From a virus, in IMG/VR virus record IMGVR_UViG_3300030004_000009, positions 112,704-176,703 of that record: a DNA stretch of 64,000 bases, one strand, 5' to 3'. The notes beneath the pieces were generated by a model. That model did not search any database and was not told the origin of the DNA. It saw only the letters and a program-made list of their open reading frames with translations. This document shows, in pieces, positions 28,172-35,811 of the stretch (its first letter is position 1; every line of letters starts with the position of its first letter). The position numbers and the translations under genes are program-made.

Positions 28172-29410
28172 ATTTATCATTATCTCAGACTTTAGCGTGA
28201 GATGTTAGTTTAATTGCTGTCCTTTAAAGACATTTAAATACCTAAGTATACAATCTATCACCTTATTAATGATAAATGAGCTACTATAGTTTCTTCAGGA
28301 TTTGGTATAAACATATTACTTGCTCAAGGTAATATAAAAGTCCCCATTGTTAGCTCCTGATTGCTTCATTTGTCTTTTGAGTACAAGGCCCAGTTCTACA
28401 TTTTTACAAATGATTATAAAGGTGAGAGTTTGCAACCTCTTTTCCTACTGTAGAATGGCACACACTTAATGTAAATGAGAGAAGCTAGGTCTCAGCGGCC
28501 TAGCTATTACAACGATAAACTCTCATTTTTTAATATTATGAAGCACTCTGTTATAGCTTATTACTAAGACTAATACACTATGAATCATAATTTTTTAACA
28601 GGAATAGTTTACTCACCTGTTGATGCTTGGACACTCTCAAGCTTTGTCTTAGTGGGTTCTTTCAATGTATTACTACATCGTGAAATCTTATAAAGATCTA
28701 TCACACACCTCATACTTGGATACAAGGTTGTTCATTTATAGCACTCCAAGATACTACTTATTGAACTAACTACACTGAGACCCTAGATTCTATCTCACAT
28801 TCGGATTATTAGGTATTGTAGTTATATTTTAAAAACAGAGCTCATGACGAAAACCCGGCGTAGTAAACTACAGTCATGGTAACATATCTCTATATAATTC
28901 GAAGCGGTTTTGCACTCTGTTTAAATTTTCAAACTCAAAGCTCTTATTTAAGTACTATACAGCTAGACGTATACATAGCTTTTATTTGTATAGGTTCTGT
29001 TCTCTGAACAACCGCCATTACTTAAATAGCTTTCTTTGAGTTATATTTTAATATAATTACTCGTTCTAAATAACTGTTGAATAAATCCTTCCTGATCTAC
29101 TGCTTACTTCAATTATTGACGAGTAATTATATTTTTTAATCTTTGATACCTTTTAAGTAGTAAATGTAACGTGGAGGTGTTAGTAATTTCTTATATGTAT
29201 AAATTTTTTAAAGCTCCAACTACGTACGTAGCCTTGCTAGTACGAATAACGCTGTCCTAATAAAAGTTAGGAGCCTATGGGATTCTGCTACTGTTTACCC
29301 CACCATTTTACTGGAAACCCCGGTTATCCTTTTGGCCCGGAAGGTCAGCTTTAGGTTATCAACCCTACATTTAGACTAAGCAAGCCTAGTCGGAGATAAG
29401 CCCGACTCGT
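28172..29410 (-). ncRNA. Array of about 10 consecutive end-paired structured RNA domains
   Basis: 1.25 kb without a 60-aa ORF; successive closing stems separated by AT-rich linkers. Confidence 0.5.
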
Positions 29411-29413
29411 ATC

Positions 29414-29695
29414 TTATATGCACTCAAATAAGTTGTCTAGCCATTTATGATCTTTGATATCTAGTGCATGTTGTTTTAATACCTGTTCTTTCTCTTCTTC
29501 ACTTGACCATGTAAGTAATTGTGATGCAGGATTTGGTGTTCCAGCATAGATGTCTAAAGCTATCATAAATGGTAACTCTTTTGATCTGCATAATTCTTTG
29601 ATGGTTTCATTATGATGATACGCTTTGTATAGAATTACAATACCTCGTTTACCTTCTGTCTTGATCTCTAATGCATCTGCTATTTCTGTGTTCAT
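29414..29695 (-). CDS. Hypothetical protein
   Basis: Start revised to ATG 29695 because the longer frame overlaps tRNA-Glu. Confidence 0.6.
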   Translation of the reverse strand: MNTEIADALEIKTEGKRGIVILYKAYHHNETIKELCRSKELPFMIALDIYAGTPNPASQLLTWSSEEEKEQVLKQHALDIKDHKWLDNLFECI

Positions 29696-29717
29696 GACTA
29701 TTTGGTTTAAATGTAAG

Positions 29718-29791
29718 TATAGTGTATGGGACTTGAACCCATGATCTTCACATTGAAAATGTGACGTCTTAACCAGCTTGACCAACACTAC
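29718..29791 (-). tRNA. tRNA-Glu(UUC)
   Basis: GTAGTGT/ACACTAT, GTC/GAC, TCACA-TTTTCAA-TGTGA, ATGGG-TTCAAGT-CCCAT. Confidence 0.88.
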
Positions 29792-29840
29792 ATGACTTGC
29801 CCTCCTTATTAAAAGGTGAAACTAGTATAAAGATTTAAAG

Positions 29841-29928
29841 TAAACCATATGCAATTCGAATGCAAACCTCCTTTCGACGTCGTTACAGGTGTTCTCTGAC
29901 TGAGTAGCCAGCTTAAACTAATGGTTTA
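29841..29928 (-). ncRNA. tRNA-like element TL4
   Basis: TAAACCAT/ATGGTTTA, GTTT/GAAC with an enlarged D-loop, enlarged anticodon loop, TGCA-TTCGAAT-TGCA. Confidence 0.6.
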
Positions 29929-30001
29929 ATTGTACAGTAGTACAATGTGGTTTTGGCCCAACATTTAGTTGTAGGCACTTTGTTTTTCATGTTACTTGAT
30001 T

Positions 30002-30382
30002 TTATTGCCACTCTCTTCCTTTTATTAATGCAATACCTAACGGTTTTGAATCTACTACAAATTGCCATGTGTAATCTGTAACCATCCATAACTTATCACA
30101 CGTTAAATCATAAGAACAAAATGTAAGTCCATTTGAAGTAGCTTTATAATTATAAAGCTTCCATCTTATTTGATCTTTATCTCTAACTAATTGTGTTAAT
30201 TTATAGATTATTTGGTTATAAACCACGTTATCAATTTGTATTGTGTTGCGTTTAATTTCAGTACTATATGTTGGTTCTGCTCTACTCATCTTCTTTTGAG
30301 GAAGTTGTAAGCCCTCGAACTGTTCATTAATTGGCCATAAAACAAATAGAAAAACGCTTTGATTAATTAGTGGTTTTTTCAT
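30002..30382 (-). CDS. Hypothetical protein
   Basis: 126 aa ORF. Confidence 0.55.
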   Translation of the reverse strand: MKKPLINQSVFLFVLWPINEQFEGLQLPQKKMSRAEPTYSTEIKRNTIQIDNVVYNQIIYKLTQLVRDKDQIRWKLYNYKATSNGLTFCSYDLTCDKLWMVTDYTWQFVVDSKPLGIALIKGREWQ

Positions 30383-30399
30383 GTTATTTAGTTTTACAT

Positions 30400-30458
30400 T
30401 TAGCTGATGGCTCTTAGCTGATGGCTCTTAGCTGATGGCTCTTAGCTGATGGCTCTTA
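30400..30458. repeat. Perfect tandem repeat (TTAGCTGATGGCTC) x4
   Basis: Four identical 14-mers without spacers. Confidence 0.95.
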
Positions 30459-30463
30459 AAGTA

Positions 30464-30489
30464 AGGAGTTAGTATTGCTACTAACTCCT
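30464..30489 (-). repeat. GCAA-tetraloop hairpin family, copy 1
   Basis: AGGAGTTAGTA-GCAA-TACTAACTCCT. Confidence 0.8.
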
Positions 30490-30870
30490 AATTGAATGAA
30501 AAGATAATAAAAGAAATAAACTATAATAGTGATTGTAATGTTTGAAAGTTTAATTAAATATTTTGTTTGACGTGTTTTACGTTCTAAAATCATTTATTAA
30601 TCTTCCTGTAACGCTACAATTCGTTATAGGCTAATAAAGAGGAGTAAACTCTCTACCGTAACTTGACCTTTACTCTTCATTAGTTAATTATAAATGCTAC
30701 CTTTATTACTCTGTTGAGTATAATTAAGCCGTGTCGCTATATGCTATCCTGTGACTCATTTATAATTAAATATTTAGTGATCGTAACATTTGTATTAAGG
30801 TTACAATTCGTTATAGAATCAGTAACTAAGATAGTTCCCACTATTCTTTCTAACTTAGTTAACAAACGGT

Positions 30871-30946
30871 TGGTTACACATTATGGATTTGAACCACAAT
30901 CAAGAGAACCAAAATCTCCTATCCTAGCCAGTTGGACGAATGTGCA
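30871..30946 (-). tRNA. tRNA-Gln(UUG)
   Basis: TGCACAT/ATGTGTA-A-CCA, GGAGA-TTTTGGT-TCTCT, TGTGG-TTCAAAT-CCATA. Confidence 0.88.
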
Positions 30947-31384
30947 ATTTAACTTTAAGAATAATATAATTACTGCTTATGAGGATTAAGGTAATACTCA
31001 TAAGCTACCACCAGCCATCCATCTCAAGTACCCACATGTGACCATCCTTAAGGTTTTACATATAGTAATCTTGGTTCCTCACTATACTATTCTTTTAACT
31101 TAGAATTGCTATTATGATTCCTATTACTAAAAAAAGTAAAAAGATTAATAGACATTCTTTGAATGTTTGTGGATCAGGGTAAGTCGTCATCTTCTATAAG
31201 TTTTTTAATTAAATATCGAATAGTTAAACCTGTTCCTACTATAAGTACAGCTAATGTACCTAGAATGTAATAAAATATTTCCATTGACTTTGTTTTTAAT
31301 GGTTATCGTAGCCATTATAATAAATCCATGCTTTTAGACATAGAATACAAGTATAAACAAGTGCTACGATTAATAAAAGATAGA

Positions 31385-31636
31385 TCATACTTTGTTTTGA
31401 TAATTTGTGATTGTAAATGGTTTAATGACCGATTTAATTGAAGGGAGTTGCTGTTCGTTTTGAAGTAGAGTGATGAAAGCAGCTTGTGTCTTTAAATCTT
31501 TGAATTCTTGTTCTTTAAGGTCTCCTTGATAAACTCTTAAAGTTTCTCTTGGAAGTATGATTAAAGTATAAATATTCATAATATTTGGTGACCATTTCCC
31601 TGTCATCACTCTACCTAAAACTGTTGTAATTTGCAT
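31385..31636 (-). CDS. Hypothetical protein
   Basis: Likely start ATG 31636 just after the upstream stop. Confidence 0.5.
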   Translation of the reverse strand: MQITTVLGRVMTGKWSPNIMNIYTLIILPRETLRVYQGDLKEQEFKDLKTQAAFITLLQNEQQLPSIKSVIKPFTITNYQNKV

Positions 31637-31637
31637 T

Positions 31638-32096
31638 TTAAAAATGTTGCTCACTGTTACCAGGATAATTATAGTTATCAGAAGGTAAAGCATCACTACC
31701 GTCAAATGTTCCAATAGGTTCAACTACTGGAACTTCATCATCAATCCAATTTTTTAGGTATTGTAATTTACTGATTGTTAAAGGCTGAATGATAAAGTTA
31801 TCAGGTAATATTGATGGAATTAAAGGTTGACCAATCTCGTCTTCATCGAGATTGTAAGTTACGAACTCTGGTGTTTGTAAAGCTTCAGGTAAACCTAACC
31901 ATTCAGGTAAGTCACCACCATGAAACCAGAAGGCTTCAAGAATAGTTATTACACTGTGTTTGACAAGTGGTTCGTTAATTTCCTCTTTGATTTCTTCGAC
32001 GCCCTCAATACTTGTGTGTAATGCATCAAGTCCTTGATTGACATACGTGTCAATTAAAGCTTGAAATTTTGGTGTGTAAAGTCTGATTATTCTCAT
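31638..32096 (-). CDS. Acidic hypothetical protein
   Basis: 152 aa, AACCAAAATC leader. Confidence 0.6.
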   Translation of the reverse strand: MRIIRLYTPKFQALIDTYVNQGLDALHTSIEGVEEIKEEINEPLVKHSVITILEAFWFHGGDLPEWLGLPEALQTPEFVTYNLDEDEIGQPLIPSILPDNFIIQPLTISKLQYLKNWIDDEVPVVEPIGTFDGSDALPSDNYNYPGNSEQHF

Positions 32097-32120
32097 GATT
32101 TTGGTTTTAAGTTTGTTGTT

Positions 32121-32342
32121 TTATAACCACTTTGGTGGATTTCCTGGTAATTTACTTGCTAAATATTTGAATAGTAAACGAACTAAATATCCTAATACAA
32201 ATATCCAAGAAGATAAAGCTATTATTAAAGTTAATAGTATATCATCCCAAGTCCACTCTGTACTTATAGATTTTATAAAAATCCGCTTAACTAATTTGTA
32301 GGCTATAACATAACCTATAAAGTATATTGCTGTTAATATCAT
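32121..32342 (-). CDS. Small two-TM membrane protein
   Basis: 73 aa hydrophobic. Confidence 0.6.
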   Translation of the reverse strand: MILTAIYFIGYVIAYKLVKRIFIKSISTEWTWDDILLTLIIALSSWIFVLGYLVRLLFKYLASKLPGNPPKWL

Positions 32343-32431
32343 AACTTAACTGTTTAATAATAAGATGAATAAGATGAATAACAATAAAGCTATCCATTCA
32401 ATTTTGTTTAGTTTCATAATGTTTAAATTAA

Positions 32432-32457
32432 GGAGTTTAGTATTGCTACTAAACTCC
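32432..32457 (-). repeat. GCAA-tetraloop hairpin family, copy 2
   Basis: GGAGTTTAGTA-GCAA-TACTAAACTCC. Confidence 0.8.
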
Positions 32458-32490
32458 AGCTGTTGATTTGATTTCGCACTTCAAATGTTC

Positions 32491-32802
32491 TTACTGCTCT
32501 TTAGGTAATTTAAGAGTTTTCCTATAATCCTCTATAATTATTGTATAAATAGATGGTGGATAATAAAAACCTTCACTATTAATGTGGAGCTCGTCGCCTT
32601 GTTTAAATACAGTATCTATGTCTAAGGGGATATAGACAGGAGTAACATCTCCAGCTTTTGCATTTATTGGTGAGTTTAACCATTTTCCTCTATAGACTTT
32701 ATAAGTTATAGAGTCAGAGGTTGAAGCCACATATGTTCCTGAATAACAGGATTGAAAGCTTAATGCGATTAAGCTGATGAATAAAATAATTGTTGTTTTC
32801 AT
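32491..32802 (-). CDS. Putative lipoprotein
   Basis: MKTTIILFISLIALSFQSC lipobox; AACCAAATAATC leader; start 32802. Confidence 0.6.
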   Translation of the reverse strand: MKTTIILFISLIALSFQSCYSGTYVASTSDSITYKVYRGKWLNSPINAKAGDVTPVYIPLDIDTVFKQGDELHINSEGFYYPPSIYTIIIEDYRKTLKLPKEQ

Positions 32803-33121
32803 GATTATTTGGTTTTTATGTTGATTATTTGATTTCTTTAGAATAAACATACGCTTGCTACTTACTTTTACATGAACGTGTACACATTATGTTAATAACC
32901 TAAATAGTGTTGATACTGCTTTATAAATGGAAACCCATTTTGTAGAACTATACCTGCAATTAAGCAAGGCTACAAGAATATTTTTCGTATGTTTAGTTTT
33001 TAAAGCTCAACCTTTGCTATAAAAGGTTGAGCCGAGTGTTGTATTACCATCTTTAATATTTCACCACCGTTAAAGACCTTGTCCAAACAGAATGGTATTG
33101 ATGATTTGTAAGCTGGCATGA

Positions 33122-33568
33122 TTAGTCTTTTAGCTCCTCAAATCCTATTCCTTTTACAAGATAGAATTTGTCATCGTCTTGGATAACATCTCCTACTGAT
33201 GTACTACGTACTCCTGGATTCCATTCTTCATCCAGATTCTGTGATTTCTTAAATGCTTCATCTAATGATGTTGCATTAACAAAACCTACATACTTACGTG
33301 GTTGACTTTTGGTTTCAGTAAACTTTAAAGGACCAGTTGCATGATGAATGTGAAATTGTCCTTCTTCCTCCTGAACAGGTGGAAATAACTCTTGCCATTC
33401 TTCATCTATAATACCTGTAAGGTAGAACTCTCTTAAATCTTGTGGCAAATTACTGAAAGCGTCTTGAAGATGAGCACCTTTTTCATAGGCTGCGATTTGT
33501 TCTTGTGTAATAGGAAGATCTATTGTCCTCTCTATTCCACTGTACTGTGAAACTCGTGTTATATTCAT
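33122..33568 (-). CDS. Two-domain hypothetical protein (C-terminal YodL-like RSTSVGDV motif)
   Basis: QDAF..L..DLREFYLTGI and RSTSVGDVI; start 33568. Confidence 0.6.
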   Translation of the reverse strand: MNITRVSQYSGIERTIDLPITQEQIAAYEKGAHLQDAFSNLPQDLREFYLTGIIDEEWQELFPPVQEEEGQFHIHHATGPLKFTETKSQPRKYVGFVNATSLDEAFKKSQNLDEEWNPGVRSTSVGDVIQDDDKFYLVKGIGFEELKD

Positions 33569-33593
33569 GATGATTATTTGGTTACTTTTTAAT

Positions 33594-34290
33594 AACAGGA
33601 ATAGCTTCTTCACCTGTATATAGATATACCTTCTACGCGTGCGACTTAATGAGATATCCTTTGTGTAGTTTCAACACTTCTCCCTGCTAGGGTTGTTTAG
33701 ATTTAAGGGAATAGTTTTCTCACCCTTTATATTACCACTCATCAGGATTCATAGCCTGTGGTAACTTTGCATACTCTTTCAATGCTCTAACTTGTTTTGT
33801 GTGGATAGTTATTTAAGGTTTTCTCTATCCCAGCAACCAGGCTTCTACTATTTTTGATTTCAGTGGTTCAGCTTATTCCCACTTCTTCTTGTTTCTCGTT
33901 ATTTGCTTTCATTGGTACAAGTCAATTAAGCTCAACAATTTGTCCTTCATTGTGTTAGTCTTCCCTCTTGGACTACAGAGTGTAATTAAACGCACCGTCT
34001 CCGATTTACACGGATCATAACAACTATCTTATAAATTGCTGTTATAATGGCTCAAGGTCGCTTAGTTGTCTTTTAAACAACATAACTGATGCGTATTTTT
34101 GGCCTTTGCACTACACTTCTTAGCCTGTGTTAGGGTGAGATTGATTACTCACTTGGTCGCTGGCCCAGCTGTTTACTGGCTTTTTAACTGATTGGTTAAA
34201 TAATACATGCATTAGCTAACTTGAAAAGAGTTAGCGGTGATTAATAAATGTCTCACAACATTAATGGCTGTTCATAAACTAGCTTAATTA
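33594..34290 (-). ncRNA. Candidate large (about 700 nt) ornate ncRNA
   Basis: No 60-aa ORF, many hairpins, two T-loop-like hairpins, lies immediately 3' of a tRNA-like element. Confidence 0.55.
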
Positions 34291-34294
34291 GAGC

Positions 34295-34402
34295 AAATGA
34301 GTCGAGATTCGAACTCAATGAAACGTGATAGTTAAATAAAAAACGATGTATGAACTATGGAAACAAAAACTCTTAACTATCTATTCCTTTCCTACCTCAT
34401 TT
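34295..34402 (-). ncRNA. tRNA-like element TL5
   Basis: AAATGAG/CTCATTT, T-arm TTGAG-TTCGAAT-CTCGA, 9-bp stem GATAGTTAA/TTAACTATC around a 37-nt loop; no D-stem. Confidence 0.6.
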
Positions 34403-34404
34403 AA

Positions 34405-34522
34405 TTAAACACTAAACTATGTATAATTCCTGCCAACGGAAGCTATTATCACCAACAATTGCCGGCAAAGTCCGCACGCCGTATTAATGGACTTACAAAT
34501 TATACTATAGTTTAGTGTTTAA
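34405..34522. ncRNA. Long inverted-repeat element with GC-rich interior
   Basis: 16-bp plus 8-bp perfect arms TTAAACACTAAACTAT-GTATAATT and AATTATAC-T-ATAGTTTAGTGTTTAA. Confidence 0.55.
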
Positions 34523-34548
34523 AGAGTTAGATATTGCTATCTAACTCT
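34523..34548 (-). repeat. GCAA-tetraloop hairpin family, copy 3
   Basis: AGAGTTAGATA-GCAA-TATCTAACTCT. Confidence 0.8.
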
Positions 34549-34555
34549 GTGTTTG

Positions 34556-35035
34556 TTATTCAATGATTTCACCTAACAACCACTCGCGAATGTCAAGAAG
34601 TAAGAACTTCTGAGCAATGTAAGTGTCTGGATTAAAGTTACCAATTCGGTGATTTGGATTTGTCTCAATCCTTTCTGCATTTGCTTTCTCTTTACCCGAT
34701 TCTTCATCACGTTCTTCTTCACAATGTTTCATTCTTGCTTCAAGCCATTTGCGCATTAACATGACTTCAACACGGTTGAGTTCAATGTGAAACATAGCTT
34801 CGTCTTTAATGTCGTAATACGCCTTTTCAAGTGCATAATGACTTAATTTACGAAAGAGAGTGTTTGCTTCATCACTTGTTAGTTTATGATGAAAGACGCC
34901 AAGTAAGATTTGCCTTACTGAAAACAATGACAATGTGAAGAGTGCTGAAATGTTGAAATTTACGTATCTAGGTTCGTTAACGGTTTGTACGTTTGAGGTT
35001 TTAAAGCCTGTTAATGGGATGTTTGATGTGTTCAT
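34556..35035 (-). CDS. Early hypothetical protein
   Basis: 159 aa, two AACCAAATAATC leader motifs. Confidence 0.65.
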   Translation of the reverse strand: MNTSNIPLTGFKTSNVQTVNEPRYVNFNISALFTLSLFSVRQILLGVFHHKLTSDEANTLFRKLSHYALEKAYYDIKDEAMFHIELNRVEVMLMRKWLEARMKHCEEERDEESGKEKANAERIETNPNHRIGNFNPDTYIAQKFLLLDIREWLLGEIIE

Positions 35036-35080
35036 GATCTTTGATTATTTGGTTTTTATGATTATTTGGTTTCTTTTTAA

Positions 35081-35112
35081 TTGAGAGTTTAATATTGCTA
35101 TTAAACTCTCAA
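35081..35112 (-). repeat. GCAA-tetraloop hairpin family, copy 4
   Basis: TTGAGAGTTTAATA-GCAA-TATTAAACTCTCAA. Confidence 0.8.
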
Positions 35113-35115
35113 GTG

Positions 35116-35403
35116 TTAATGTTTGTTTTCTGTGATCATAAAGTCATAAGAGTTTCTTGTATTACCTACACTAAATTCCATATAACCATACTCACAATTC
35201 TTGTCTCTGTATTCCTGATTCCCTACTAAATGGTCTTTAGACCATTCTTTAAAATCTTCTTCGTTGACAATCTTAGTATCTTCTGTGTATACTAAAAGAA
35301 TTTCTTTCTTGTGTGTTTCAGAAGAACTTGTATGAGGTCTCATTAATATTAATTTACCTTCTAATACAACTTTGTTGCTTTTGTTCATAATGTAAAAGTA
35401 CAT
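35116..35403 (-). CDS. Early hypothetical protein
   Basis: 95 aa with repeated leader motif. Confidence 0.6.
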   Translation of the reverse strand: MYFYIMNKSNKVVLEGKLILMRPHTSSSETHKKEILLVYTEDTKIVNEEDFKEWSKDHLVGNQEYRDKNCEYGYMEFSVGNTRNSYDFMITENKH

Positions 35404-35811
35404 GATCTTTGATGTTTTTAATATGATGTTATTTGGTTATTTGGTTATTTACTCTTTTGGATATTAACACTCCCTTACTCCTATTTTATTTAAACAATTG
35501 TTTAAAACAACTTTTAATAGTCTGAAAGGTGATTTGTGGTTTTATTTTCATTCATCGTAATATTACGATTGATCGAAAAATGATCATTTTTGAACGAAAT
35601 TGAGCACTTAAATTTACACCACCAAGTTAAAAATAGACTTAGTTCCGTTTTTAGACTAATGGAGTGGATGTGTACTACAAGCTTGTATTTGATCTACGAG
35701 ATTCTCGTAATTGAAAATAACCGCTATGTCGATCGACTATTCCATTCATTTCAATTACAAAATTAACACTCTCAAGTCCATACTAGACATGAGAGTAAGA
35801 AAAGAGAAAGC

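Noticed and set aside
29209-29410. RNase P RNA
   Set aside because: Lacks the GAGGAAAGUCC and matching P4 3' consensus and is too short
29696-29788. N-terminal extension of ORF 29414..29788, and plus-strand ORF 30714..30989
   Set aside because: They overlap tRNA-Glu and tRNA-Gln respectively
30400-30458. CRISPR array
   Set aside because: 14-bp units abut directly with no spacers; no cas operon seen, and the 40279 nuclease is a generic PD-(D/E)XK protein
10340-30950. HDV-like theta ribozymes at tRNA 3' ends
   Set aside because: I could not build the nested double pseudoknot by eye; a descriptor search is needed to exclude them
33735-33765. Second hammerhead (CUGAUGA on the minus strand)
   Set aside because: No stem II followed by GAAA and stem III in the required arrangement
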